Position numbers and translations under genes: made by a program
NCBI RefSeq assembly: GCF_964194025.1
Contig: NC_134480.1
Coordinates: forward strand, 22,258,001-22,322,000
DNA: 64,000 bases
Origin: Convolutriloba macropyga
Taxonomy: Eukaryota
Reading direction: 5' to 3'
Part shown: piece after piece, positions 13,161-26,952 of the stretch
Position numbering within the stretch: position 1 is the stretch's first letter
Layout of the letters: each line of letters opens with the position of its first letter
Notes under the pieces: model-generated
Told to the model about the DNA's origin: nothing
Seen by the model: the letters and a program-made list of their open reading frames with translations, nothing else
Database searches by the model: none

Positions 13161-15764
13161 TGTCGAATTTTTCACAATGCGCGGTGACCGGGATGTTAGC
13201 GTGATCAGAATCTCAAAATGAAGGTTGAAAAATGAATTTTTTGCTCTGAGTTGAGAGTTTAATGGAAGAAACGAACTATACAAACAAGAGATTTTTATTT
13301 TAGATTACTCAACGTTTAATCAGTTTTATACTTTTTATGTTTTGATCCTTTTTGTATGATTATTTTAATTAAATCTTGGCTATTAAACAGTCCTCTAATC
13401 TTTACCCTCAGTATAGACGTTTAATGTATGTCGGTCAACTCAAAGTTTCGTTGATAATTATTTTAATTTTGTATACTAGTACTTTTTGATGAATATGTCG
13501 CATCGTTGAAGTGAAAATTGCTAATTTAGGTTTTGTTAGATCCAGCAAAATTTATGGGAAATTGTATAATCCCATCTCTTTCGAGCTTTCAACATAATCA
13601 AGTAATAAAATTGATAAATCTCATTTCAAAATTGACAAATCAAATCGCTGGACATTTTCGGGGAGCGAAAAGTGGAAAGTCTCTAATCTTTTCCTGGCTG
13701 AGATGAAAAACCAATTTTATGCACTGAATGTTTTTCCGCGTCTTTTCTCAATTCTGACATTTGAATAAATAGTCCAGAATCTGTTTAATCTGTGTGTGAA
13801 CAGCGTGTGATAAAGTGACCTGCCTCATAAATTTTAATCAAAACTTGTTCATTTTCAGTTCACAGGTTGTAATTTTATGCAAATGTGTCCCTTTAACCCT
13901 AATTCAATGTCACTAGTTCGTAACTCACATAGCCGATTTATTTTTAGCCGATTTTCATCTTATAGCATTATTTTTTGTTAAAAAAAAAAATTTTTGAACT
14001 TTTTCAGAATAATTTCGGATTTTTTTTTTCGGTAATTGATCCTACGGTACGTTATTTCCATATCTCCAAATGCCAAGATAGGCAATGCAAAAATAAAATA
14101 CTCAATGAATATAAATACCGGCTTTACGGGAATTTGTTCGACTCTGATAGGCGGTCTGTCTATCTTTTTAGTCATCATAGCAAAAGACACTTCTGGTTAA
14201 CAAGAGTGCATAATTTTCAAGTTGATTACTCAAGCTTGTGGGGGAGGGGTGTAAACAATCATAAACCGTAAACAAAATCAGGACGCCATAATATAAGGTG
14301 CTTGCACAAATGTATAAGAAATATCCAGCCTGGCAAAAGTGCATAGTAGTACTTTTTAATGAGGGTTAAATTAGATTCAGAGATCACTTTTAAACCCTCC
14401 CCCGACCCAGTTTTCCATTTTATCCAATTTATCTTCTCCCAGAATGAAGTAGTCGCTCTTAGGTTATTACTGCTGGATTGGTCTCTTGAGAAATGATGCA
14501 ATTTGTGTTCACAAGTTTTTCTCTTTTCTTTCTTCTTTTATGTTCATTCACACAGCCCATTTTTCAACACATGTGAACAAGTTTATATGATGTAATTACA
14601 GAGTGAAATAGTTGTCCGGTAAAAGAACAACCGCTAACAGAAAATACAAACAGCAGAAATATTTATTATATCTGCAACCATCTTGATTTTCTACGATTTT
14701 TTTTTACTGCCGCCATTATTTTTGATAATTCTTTTTTCAGCCCGGTTTCCTAAATCTTGTCTCCTATTAATGAAATTTGATAAAGTGTCGGAGAATAACG
14801 CCAGAAAATGTATAAACAGCTATGAATAGCTGCGATGCGTGTTTTTTTTTCACAGCAATAATCTCATATAAAACATCTCTTATGTAACATCTTATATATA
14901 ATTTTGCGTTGATCGTGGTGAGGTTATGTAAGAACAGCTCTGAAATTTTGCGATCAAAACCAACTTAATTTTCACCCCGGTTTTTCTACTTTAAATTTTG
15001 GTTTCGATTAATATTCCCAAAATATATTCTGCCCAGTGTTTTTCATTTACGGGATTCTATTTATTAACGCACTTCATTTCAGCTGTTGTAAATCAGAAAA
15101 TAATTTTCCTTTCCAGTCAATATTGATGTTTTTATAAACGGAGGCCATAAAATTCAATTTTGTCTACTTAACTTACAGACTTGTCCTTGTAATATCATTC
15201 TGTCAGTCAGCAAGAATAACTAAACATTGCAGCTGCTTCTAAGCTAATAGATGGCAAGACTAATAAACAATTTGAAAACAAAAAGCAATTTGTTCTTTCT
15301 TCCAGACCTTAATGAGACGTTGCTCTCATTAGTATAAGCCTAAAGACATCACTGCGCTAACATCGCATGTAGTTTAAAATGTCTATCAGAGAAGAAAATG
15401 ATCAGACACAAAATGTGTCAGAAACGAAGCAAGGGTATGTTTAGTTAAGGTGAAGTAACGCATGACAATTAATTAAGAAGAGAGGCATAATTAAGCTGTA
15501 TAAGTTTTCTTCGCAAAAATTGACAGATACTGCGACAAAAACTTTTCAATGTTTATTAAACCCGCTCCGTCACGTGTACGAAAAGAATTAGTGTCGCTTT
15601 TAACAAGATTTTGTTTCTTTTGTGAAAAAAACGGCCTACCGTAACAGAGAAAGTTTTCAACGCAACTATTACCCAAAAATTGATAATATACTCTAAAAAA
15701 TGTCCAGGTTAAATCACCTGCAACGTTTGCGGCTAAGTTTGCGGCTAATTACAATACCTGCAAA

Positions 15765-15995
15765 NNNNNNNNNNNNNNNNNNNNNNNNNNNNNNNNNNNN
15801 NNNNNNNNNNNNNNNNNNNNNNNNNNNNNNNNNNNNNNNNNNNNNNNNNNNNNNNNNNNNNNNNNNNNNNNNNNNNNNNNNNNNNNNNNNNNNNNNNNNN
15901 NNNNNNNNNNNNNNNNNNNNNNNNNNNNNNNNNNNNNNNNNNNNNNNNNNNNNNNNNNNNNNNNNNNNNNNNNNNNNNNNNNNNNNNNNNNNNNN
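15765..15995. other. assembly gap (N run), followed by CA-rich low-complexity sequence to ~16080
   Basis: Ns in the sequence. Confidence 1.
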
Positions 15996-17350
15996 CACAA
16001 ACACAAACATACTAAACACACAAAAAACACCACACATACACACGCAAAAAACACAAACGCACGGACACACATTAAAAACACGGAAACAGGAAACTCTTTC
16101 TCTTTTTGGCGTCTTCAAAAAAAACGTCTGTTTTTCTTCTGGCCATTGCTGAAATAAACTTTTTTCGAAAAAAAAGAGAAGACAGGTTTTTTTCTAACTC
16201 CAGATGAGAACAGAAAGGCGGAGAAAACGGCATAGACAAGTATGAGCTAGTTTCAGGCCTCAACTTATGACAGGACTCAAAATTTCTATTGAGAGAGCCT
16301 TTTTTGACTAAAATTATACAACCGAGTTTCCTACCTAATTAAGCGGTAAACTCTTTTCATGGGTCAAGCAAAGGTTTTTTCATAAGATTTTTGGGTCAAT
16401 GTTGAATGTTTGTTCGGTCAAACAATAACACGTTGATAGTCCGGCTACGGAAAACTCATCGGCCGAGGGTATTTTCATATCGCAAAAGTCTTTTCATAAG
16501 TGTGGTTTTTTTTGCCAACTTGGAATTTTTTTTTGCTTTTGGCAAAGTTACAGAGTAATTACGTATGCGGCAAATTGTAAATCAATCAGAATTGAGTATA
16601 TGAATTGGAATTTAAATGTGTATAAAAACTTCTATAATAAGTAAAAACTTCCGAAAAAGTTTGTTTAACATAATTTCAAGTAAATGTAACCATGATATGT
16701 ACCAATTTATGTTGTTTTCGATTTATTTTTTTTTAGGTTATCTAGACGATTGTTGACCACTTATGAACCAATTTTGCCTTCCGAAATTATTAATTATTAT
16801 TTTCGAAAACATCAAAGATTTTTGATAGATTAATCGATCATCATGATTTCAAAAGACGAAGGAATATAACTGCTGACTGTTTTATAAGAAATAAAAAGGC
16901 ACATGAACTTTTGGAAGGCTCATGAAAAGATTTTTGATCGATGCATGACTTGACATTAGCTCGACCCCATTCCTGTTGTTTGCTATTTCGAGTCCAGCGA
17001 GTTTCTAACAATGATGAAGCCAGCTGAAGTCCAGTTCAGTTAATTTGAGTCTAGTAAAATTTGAGCATTACAATCTGAGCCGAGCTAAATCCAGTGTTTT
17101 AATTTGAGTCCATCAAAAGTCTAGCATGACATTGTGGTTCTGGCTAAATTTCAGCTGTTCGCTAAAGCCGAGCTAATATCACATCATATGTTATTTGGAA
17201 GGAAAACGGTCTTTTTGTTACCACTTTATGGTGGAGCATAGTCTCTAAATAAATCGAAGTCTAAATATCGGAATGAGAATTAGGTACTCGTGTATTTTTA
17301 GGGTATTGCATTCATGCAGATGTTTGATGACAACGTACAGAGTTTAAAAT

Positions 17351-17763
17351 TATAAACTCTGATAACAACAGTAGTTCGATTGTGAATTCATTCAATGATA
17401 GCAAGCATCGTATAGCAACAACATATAAGCAACGATCGATTTCGTAACGTATCATAACAACAAGTGAAAACTTAAACGGCAAGATTTTTTGATGCTCTTT
17501 TACTGGTTTTTGTCTGATGTTATTGACGTCAAATCAGTTCGTATTCAATCGGCAAATGTCTAGAAAACCTAAAAATATTAAGCCGAAAACCAGATTAATC
17601 GATACGTATAGTGGTTATATTTACTTAAAATTAGGTTAAATGAAGTTTTTAGGAACTTTCTACGTATATTAGAACGTATTTAAATCTTATTTGGAACGAT
17701 TTATATGCGTATTTGTTATTTAGAAATACTCGATTCTGATTGGCTAATATTTACTACGTAACA
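17351..17763 (-). repeat. 3' LTR of BEL element A
   Basis: Matches 26953-27366; on the minus strand it starts TGTTAC right after GGGCCGGAGGA and ends TTTATA. Confidence 0.93.
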
Positions 17764-20700
17764 TCCTCCGGCCCGGAAGAAGATGTTGGGAAAAAGAGTG
17801 AACCGGTCGACGGACGTAAAACGGCGGAGCGCACGACGCTATCGGAGACGTAACGGAGTTCCACAATTCGAGCGGTTGGGTAGTAACCCCTAGGGTTGGT
17901 TTCCTCAACTATCCAAACCAAGTCTCCGGTCTTAAAGTGTTGCTCGGCAGGCGTCTGCCACTTAGAGCGTCGGTTCAGCGTCGACACGTACTCTCTGATC
18001 CAACGGGACCAGATTGCATTAGCGTACGACTGCGCACGGGCGTATCGTTTACGATGGTCAAGCTCATTATTGCCGACAACAGACGGGATACCGGTAGAGT
18101 ATTTTCCTAAAAGAAAGTGGTTGGGCGTTAAGGCGTTCAAATCGCACGGATCAGCGCTTACGGGTGTTAAAGGACACGAATTGAGAGCATTCTCCACGAG
18201 ACAAAAGGTAGTATGCAGTACCTCATCCGTGAGGCGACGCGTGTCAAGAATAGTATACAACACGCGTTTGAAACTGCGTAGCAACCTCTCCCAGATACCA
18301 CCTTGATGTGGTGCGCTGGGTGGATTGAACCTCCACTTAATACCTTTGTGAGCGAGCTCAGCTGCAATGTTGACAACGTTCCATTTTTCAATACTTTTTC
18401 GGAGTTCTTTCTCCGCTCCAATAAAGTTAGTGCCATTGTCCGACCAAATCATGGCAGGTGTACCCCTACGTGACACAAATCGCTCAACTCCCATAACACA
18501 AGAACTGGTGTCCATGGATGTAACTATCTCGACATGGACAGCGCGAGTAGTGAGACAGGTGAAGAGGAAGCCCCACCTTTTCTCATTAGTACGGCGGACA
18601 GTAACATAGAATGGCCCAAAGTAGTCAACGCCAGTGTTCGTGAAGGGAGGAGACTGGTAAGCAAGTCTCTCCTTTGGTAAGTCAGACATTATTGGTTGCA
18701 TAGCTACAGCTTGGACTTCTCGGCAACTCAGGCAGTGTGCTTTGATGGAACGCAAGGATGATCTTAGTGTCAGTACTGTGTAGTGTTCCTGCACAATTGA
18801 TCTTAGGTATTCAACGCCCTGATGATAATGCTTTACGTGCGTATGTTCAAGGAACAGTTTTACAAACGGATGACGTGCATCTAAGATGATTGGGTACTTT
18901 ACGTTAAACCAAACTTCAATTAACCGCTTGATGCGGCCCGAGGAACGGATAAGCCCATTTGGACTAATAAACGGTGAACGTGGAGCAATTCGGCTACTCC
19001 GTTTAACGAATTTATTGTCAAGAAGATCTTTTCTTTCTTCTTCAAAAGACTCTCCTTGCACCAAATACTGTAGATGACGCTCGGCTTCGTCAAGCTCAGT
19101 AGGGTCGGTAATGCTACCATCGGGGTTACGGTAGCCAGCATGTTTCGGCAAAAGCTGGAGAACGTATGCGGCAATGCGCAAGTGCTTTTGATAAGAACTA
19201 AACTTATCAAATGGGAATAACGACGGAACGGGAGTTGTCTGTTTCTTAACAGATGTAGCGAGAGAAACAGTGTCTTCTATAATGACTGCTTGGTTGACGC
19301 CAAGTTTGATGTTATTAATGACGTCTTTGTTCGGCACGAAAGGGAAACTTGAGTTAGTTAAGAAATGTGGACCATTGACCCAACTGCTTAGTTGCAAAAC
19401 CTCAGTGGACATTCCACGCGTGCCAGCGTCAGCTGGATTATCCTTAGTGGCGACGTGGTTCCATTGGTCAACGCTGGTATACTCCAAAATTTCACAAACG
19501 CGGTTTGCAACAAAGATTGGTTGCTTTTCATTAGAGTTAATCCGTTGGAGAACGGTCGTGCTATCTGTCCACATGAATACTTGGTTACCAGTTACGGTAA
19601 GTGCTTGTGTAATTTCCCTTTTCAGTCGAGCGGCAAGTAGAGCTGCTTGTAATTTGAGTTTTGGGACAGTCATTACTTTCATTGGCGCCACGCGCGCTTT
19701 CCGTAGGTGTTTTTACACGGGCTCGCAAGAATGCGACCGCACTGAAAATATCCTGCGAACTGTCACCGAACATATGCAACTCTATATTATCAAAGGTTCC
19801 ACTAAAGTAACTTCGGGAAATTTTGATGTTTTCAAGCTTTGAACCAAAAAGTCCGCACTCCAAACCAAAAATCTTTGAACCATGTCCTGTGGGAGCTCGT
19901 CATCCCATTGTTGTCCTGTGACACGCCAGATGTCTTTTAAGAGCAGTCGCGCACCGACGGTAAACGGTGCGACAAGACCAAAGGGGTCAAAGACTTTCGA
20001 GACAAGACTTAGGACCAAGCGTTGCGTGAGGGACTTGGTGATAGCGCAGCTTGTACCCCGACTCACAACTAAAATGTCATTAGTGTGTTCCCACTTTAAC
20101 CCTAGCACATCCGATGAATCCTGCTGACATGAAACAATAACCTTGGGCTCAGTAGATTGAGGGGAACCATCAATTCGGTCAGCCAGATTTGGTACATTGC
20201 TTACGAACTTTGAACCCACCGAGATGTACCAATTCCTTCGATCTATTGATGGCTTTCTCGAGAGACTCCACTGAGTCAAGGTAATCGTCCATGTAGAAGT
20301 TTTCAAGGACGGCTTTTGAAGCTTCGGGGTAAAACTTGGCATTGTCTCTCGCAGTGCGTTGTAATGCATAGTTGGCGCATGTGGGCGAGTCTTTAGCCCC
20401 GAATATATGGCGCGTATATTGATACACTACAACGTTAGTTGTGGGTTTCTCCCGCCACAGAAAGCGAAGTGATGGTTGATCTGATGGTAACACGCCAACC
20501 TGTAGAAACATTCCCTCGATATCGGCGGAGACGGCATATGGATGTTGTCGGAAGCGAAGAAGTACGTAAATAAGATTTTGGAGCAGATCAAGGCCAGTGA
20601 GCAAAGATTTATTCAGTGAGGCGCCATGAAATTTTGCTGCTCCATTGAGCACCCTACGCACCTTACCTGGTTTGTTCGGATTTAAAACCGGATGGTGGGG

Positions 20701-23700
20701 TAGGTATCACTCCTTATCAGACCAGTTCTCAACCTTGTGAGCGTCCGGAACCTCAATTACATACCCCTTATTTAGGTCTTCCTTGATGGTACTAGTATAC
20801 TTCTCCCTGAGGTCTTCCTCCTTGGCCAAACGTTTTTCGAGCAATTTTAGTTGCACAAGGGAGGAGAAGTAATTTTTTGGAAGCTGGATGTTGTCTGCTG
20901 CCCACAGCATTCCGACATCGTATCTCAGGCCATTGTATATGGTGGTACTCTCAAGGATCTCGTGAGCCCTTGCGTCTGCTGCAGATCTGGAGTTGACCTG
21001 CTTGTTTGCCCCAAATGATTCAATGTCGTACCATGACTTTACTTGACTTGCTAACTCATTGTCATGTTCGATATTCACTTTAAAGCACGTTGAGGTTAAA
21101 CAAGAACTTGATGGTAACGGACGGCTTAAGACCCAACCTATGGGTAAACGTACGGCAACGGGTGAACGCTTCTCATTGGCAGAGAAGTATTCTAACGGGC
21201 GGATGGCATGATAGACATCTTGTCCGAGTATCATCTCAATGTCTTTATAGGAATATGTCACGGGATCAAGGACCGCTAAGTGTGCGTAAGTCTCTTGCAG
21301 GGCCTGTACATTAATTATATCAGAGCCGACGTTCAGACTCTCTTTAACGAAAGGGTTGATGATGAATGGTTCGAAATCTTGATGTTCTCTTAGTTTCACA
21401 GTAACTTCAACAACCCTAGTATCTTAGCTTTAGTGCTTTACCGTGCAAACCGAGTCTATCTGCGAGACTACCGGCCACCAAGAGTTACAGCAGGCGGTAT
21501 CATATAAAACTAATGCCTTGGTATCTACACCGGACGAATTGACCAACTGCAATTCCGTTACCTGAAGGAGCCCCTTAACATTAGTAACAGATGACATTGT
21601 TGTGGTCATATTAGACGACTGTTGACAAGTGGCTGCTTTACTTAGACCTGTGTTGCCAGAAGGCTGAGTGGTATTAGAATTTGGTGAGTGTTTTATTGAG
21701 AAAACCCTATCTGCTCCATGCAATAACGTGTTATGTGAACTATTACACCCTTCTGCTCGGCATTTTCTTGGTTGAGGGCACTGGCGGAACGTGTGCTTGT
21801 CCCTTAAGCACGAAAAGCAAAGTTTGTTGTCCGCCACCAACTTAGCTCTCTGGCTTGGAGTCTTTTCCTTGAAAACTCGACACTATCATAACCGGTGGTT
21901 ACCTTTGCATACGATGCACCGAGAGTAAGTGTTTGTGGAAGAAGATGGCATTTGCTTCTTTGTTTCCCTTTGTTGTGAATTTGATGCAAACACTTTTGAG
22001 GCCGTTTTGGTCTTGGTTACTGAAGTGCTGTTATCTTCAGGTTTTGCCTTGGTTGCGCTTTGTTTCAAAAAATCATGGGCCTCTGCCTTTTCTTTAAGCC
22101 AATCGTTAAAGTCAAGGAGGGTAGGCTTAACTCAGTGCTTTTTAACCGTAAAGAGCGACCATGACTCTTTCATGTTTGGTGGTAACTTCTGTACCGCTTG
22201 GTTAAGTAGGGAAGCGCTCTTCAAGTCAGCATCATATGATAGTGACTTGAAAACCCCAACGAGGCTAGATATTGCTGCAGAATAGTTTATGATGTTATCA
22301 CTATTGTGCATTTTAAGAGGTGGAAAATTGCTTAGTTTATCCAAGTGTGCACATACGACTGCCTGTGGCTGGCCAAATTTACGTTCTAAAGTCCTTAGTG
22401 CATCCTTGTACATTAAACCACAGTAAGCAAACTCGGTGATTGCAATCTTTGCTTTACCGGTGACGAGAGTTTTGAGGTATGTCAATTTAACGTCATCAGT
22501 TAGCGATTGAGAGTCAATTGCGCTTTTGAATTGACCATATCACTCGTGCCATTGTAATGGATCGCCATTGTACTGAGCAAGTTTCCATTCTGGCAAGGGG
22601 TCATTTTTCTTGCTGGTTATTGCATCAGCTAATTCCCTAATCAATGACGCATTGTCCGGTATCGGAGGGGCAGGTGCAGACACCTGCGGACCACTCCAAC
22701 TCAACGGATTGGGCCCAACATAAGGGTGTGCTGGCTGAAAAACTGGAGTGGCCAGATCAGGTACAATATTGCTTGTAGTTGCAATCGGGTTTTCCTGATG
22801 TGTGCCGGATGGTGATTGCATATCAATCAAAAGGGGTGAATTCGAAAATATTTGTTGTGGAAAATTAGTAACTGATGGTGCGATGTGTGCGTGTACATTT
22901 GGAGGCAGACTATTCACGGTGGTTGTGTCTTGGTTGACTATTGACGGTTTGTGCTGTGGAAACCGCCAATGACTCATATTTGGCACAAAGTTTTGGCCAA
23001 GAGGGATATTAGGGATATTTCGGATAGAAGCAACAGAACGTACGACTTTGTGTACTCGGTTAATATTATTCTGAAATGTGTTGTTTACGAGAGGCTGATT
23101 AATCAAAGAGGCGTGTTGGATGGGAGCAGTGAGGTTAGGTACGAAAACTGTGTTCGGAATGGGAAAGTCATTAGGACGAGCGGGTTCGGAGTTGTGCTGT
23201 TGAGTGTTTTGACTTGGTGGGTCGCTTGGTTGCAAGTGAACGTTTATTGAGGGGGCTGGATGATTTGTTGTCGGAAAAGGAGGAAGAGTGGCGTTTGGTG
23301 CTCGGGGGAAAAAATTAATTTGTTGTCAAGGGCATATACGCTGGGCCGAATTATTCTCGGGCAGACTTGATGTTTCAGGGCCACTGGATTGCGAAATTTG
23401 AAGTTGTGCGTTGGGAAAAAACTCGGTTGCAATATTCTGATTTTCTTGTGGTGCGAACGTCTGTGGCGGAATGGGCTGTTGAATGGGCGATGAAGAAGCC
23501 TCTGGGGCGTGTACAGAAGGCAGTTGACTATCTGCGGTTCCTTGGTTAGTTATGCTCGGAGGCGCCAGGCCTTGTTGGTCTGTTTGATTCGTTTGCGCCC
23601 GTAGGTGAGCCTGGTACAACGCCTGTGTGTTAGCAGCAGCCAAAAAATTTTCAGAAGGGGTATATTAGGGGTCCACCTCGACAATTTTTTGGAATGGAAT

Positions 23701-24494
23701 GCTTTGAAATGTCAGTGTTATGATCTTCCACTGCTTCGCCGTTATTGTTGCTAGGGCATTCTGTAGGGTCTTTCGTAACCTCTGGTTCACCAGTTTTCTC
23801 GTTTTTAAAACTTAAGGCAAGTGAGGTGTTGATCCAATCCTGGACAGCCCTTTTCACTTCTCATTGAGCTCCTAGCACTTGCAGTTGTTTCAGATTGGCT
23901 ACCTTTAGAAACGGCGTCCAGCAATTCAAATTCTTGCAGAGTTGCCTCTGCCAACCGTTTCCTGTTGTTTTCCTCCAGTTCATCTAATTCCATTTGCTTT
24001 TTCTGTTTAGCAAGGCAAATGGCTGCCTCATTCTGTTTTTCAATTTCTTCACGCTTCATCTCAGCAATTACATAATCATGTTTACGCTGACTGGATGTTT
24101 TTGACGATATTATAATTGAGGAAAGTCTAGAACCAATGGAAGCCCTTGGTTCCTGGAACTCACTCACTTTATCATCAGCAGAGTTGATTGAGTTTCGTGC
24201 TGAAGCGAGGATCTTGTCGTTCTTAGTTGTCATTGCCTCCAAGTAAGACTCTAATGAAGGAACAAGTGCACTTGGATCCTCCGTTTTTCCAGCAAATGCA
24301 ATCAGGTCCTCATTTTTGTCTACAACAATCATAAATGCTTCGTTGTACTTTGTTACAAGGCATTCAACTTTCACTCGCCTACTTTGACTATTTATACAAT
24401 GAAGAATATCTTCATGCATAGCATGCAAATCAATTTCACGCTTTGACCTGGCAGCGCACAACTTTTTGACTTTTTGATCAAGACTATTAGACAT
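17754..24494 (-). pseudogene. BEL/Pao gag-pol polyprotein of element A, with multiple frameshifts and stops
   Basis: Gag LKTLVTGKAK...ALRTLERKFG; CCHC knuckles (CIVCKGNH, CFSCLRDKH..C, CRAEGCNSSHNTLLH); protease YDTAC; RT ADIEGMFLQV..LRFLW..HIFGA..FYMDD; RNase H LHMFGDSS, WTDS, NPADAGTRG; integrase GVDYFGP..SDNGTNF..GGIWERL. The stop lies inside the 3' LTR. Confidence 0.95.
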
Positions 24495-25008
24495 CACGAT
24501 GTTATTATTTCCAAGTACCAGCAAAACTAACACTGCACACGGTTATCTTTTATAAGCACACTCCAAACAAATCAAACCCACACAAAACAATCCCAACGAA
24601 AAAGGCACCAAACACAGCACATTGTAGACAGTCTGTAAAACAAACCGCCCAAAGAGCAAAAAAGTTCGTCGAGCACACAGTGCCCGACAAAAACAGAAGT
24701 GGGGCGCTGAACGCTATGCGCTCTACGCGGAGGGAGACAAAGGACACACGGGAAGTCTCGCGAGCAACGCGCGACGAAACAGAGACGTTACGAACGGGAA
24801 GTCGAGCGAGCAACGCGCGACGCGACGGAAACAGGACAGACGAGAAGTCGAGCTAGCAGTGCGCAACGGAACGGAAATGGGACGTGCTGGAAGGCGGGTG
24901 AAAAACGCGCAACGCAACGAACGGGGACGGTTGGAAAGAACGGGCGGGAAATGAGGTTGGAAAGAGCTATGTTAGCGGACCACAGCAAAAACTCAAGCAA
25001 ACAACATA

Positions 25009-25528
25009 GCCGTAACTCCAGAACAAACTTAAGTCACACCCTAGGAAGAAGGAGAGAAGCTACTGCAAGACAATCTAACATATTTCATGATGGGTCTAAA
25101 ACGACAAATTTAACGACAAACTAATTTACGGCAATGCAATAGTACACTAAAAGTATGCAAAGGTCAAGAAGTTTAGCCGTAACTCCAGAATAAACTTAAG
25201 TCACATCCTATCAAAACCAAACCAAAACAAACAATCAGTATACTAACGGTATTAAACAAACTACAGCAAAATTGAATAAACTACAATAGTGTATTTGTAG
25301 AATAAGACAGTTGGAAAAGTCAAGAAACAATCCTGCCGTAACTCGAGAATAAACTTAAGTCACACCCTAGAAGGCAACGAGACCAAACCAACTAGCAATC
25401 ATACAGGTACACAAACATACAGCAGCAAAATCAATATACTACAACAGGAAGGCTAGTAAATCAGTAAAGTTGAAAAGTCAAAGGACAATCCAGCCGTAAC
25501 TCGAGAATATACATAAGTCACACCCTAG
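25009..25528. repeat. array of four conserved 36-bp motifs (GCCGTAACTCSAGAAYAAACTTAAGTCACACCCTAG) spaced 158-167 bp apart in the leader of element A
   Basis: Copies start at 25009, 25176, 25335 and 25493; the intervening sequences are much more diverged. Confidence 0.9.
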
Positions 25529-26938
25529 AAAGCTATAAGATCTAAACAACAAACCAGCATATTAGCATACTCAACATACTACAGAAAAAACAACAACTTA
25601 CTTCATCACATATGACATACTACATCGAAATTCGGAAGAAAAAGCGGAAGAAAACGAAAAGCGGAGTTCTGGGAGAGCAGCGTTATTGAAAAACGGAACA
25701 CAGAGAATTGAAAAGTTAATGGACGAAAAACGGTACATAAACGAGCGATGAGGAAAATTATGGGAACTTGATAATTTTTTGTAGGCCGGATGTTGTGAAC
25801 ATTTTCTGATTTTTTTCTGTGTATTGAGTTTCACTCAATTAACGAACCTCCCGTAATGAACTTTAATTTCGCACGTGTATTAAGATTTGCCAAGTCTTGG
25901 TCAGGTCTGACAAGTCTTAGATGTGTTATGGTCATAGCTCTGAATCAGTACTGATATCTAGTCTTGGAATTAGACTTGCCCAGTACTGATATTGACTTGG
26001 CGCTCAGTACGGGCTTCTTGTTGGAGAAATTGATTTTTTGACAACGTTGTCAAAAATTTATAGTTTTGTTCAATTTTTTGTATTTTTGGTCAACATTTCT
26101 GCAATTTTTTGAATACGGAACGGTAATCCAGAATATTGGACGGTTTTATGCCTGAAAGTACGGTTTTTCAATATTCTATATTGATATTCTATGTTTTTTG
26201 ATTTGCATCAAAATTGACCAAAAATTTTCAAAATTGGACAAATTAGCATAATTTTTTTTCAACTTTCTCTTTATCAGTGGTTATTTTTGATAAACGAACC
26301 AACTGTATCAATTTTTTTGAATTTTTGTTAAATCTACCAAAAATTTTCAAAATCGGTGTTTTTAGTCTCAAATTTTGTTTGTGTGGGGGACCCTACCAAT
26401 ATTTTCTACAAACAGTTAAATTTTATTACCCCATGTGATATGAAAATCAGGGATTGGATTTCTTGCCGTCTAATTTCAACAAATTATTTTACTGCGAAAG
26501 GTCAGTGAAATATTTTTTTTGTTCTGTCTTAGTTTTTTTTCTCATCTCGAATGTCGTCTGTCGTTGGAGGAGATCATTGAAAGATGACATCAAAGGCATC
26601 GTTATCTACACTGCATGTTCATCATCAATTTCTTTTCAAAAGGATAATCACCACCAATTCCTCCCGACTCCCAATCAGAGAGATCTTGATTCGTTTTTAG
26701 ATGCCAAAGTGAGTTGAGAAGCAATCCGGTGTCAAATACTGAACAATTTTCTTGTTCTCAAACATAAACTGAGAAATCAAATTGTTCTTTTCACTGATGA
26801 TAATGCTGAAACCGTTTGAATTTCCAAATTATCATAAGGTCTCGTTTGTATGCTCAAACCGTTTATTTAATAAGAGATCGCTTATTAATTTCACTGAACA
26901 ACACGAAAACGTAGTAGTTAAATATCACCCTCGTATAA

Positions 26939-26952
26939 GGGTCGCGGCGCCA
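26939..26952 (-). promoter_or_regulatory. primer binding site of element A
   Basis: TGGCGCCGCGACCC directly follows the 5' LTR on the minus strand and is complementary to a tRNA 3'-CCA end; tRNA identity unresolved. Confidence 0.75.

Noticed and set aside
15700-16152. ORFs spanning N runs (also 59229-59593 and 30862-31068)
   Set aside because: Artefacts of assembly gaps.
25009-25528. CRISPR array (36-bp repeats with spacers)
   Set aside because: The context is a eukaryotic retrotransposon leader with no cas genes. The spacers are ~125 bp and partly homologous to one another, so this is a diverged tandem repeat with conserved cores.
25009-25528. twister, pistol or hammerhead ribozyme
   Set aside because: GCCGTAACTC resembles a twister 5' segment, but the downstream GCCGGUCC-AAGCCCGG core is missing. 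No CUGAUGA/GAAA hammerhead core is seen.
25600-26930. extra or env-like ORF in the long leader of element A
   Set aside because: The minus-strand frames I read have frequent stops and no recognisable domain. A decayed upstream ORF cannot be excluded but is not supportable.
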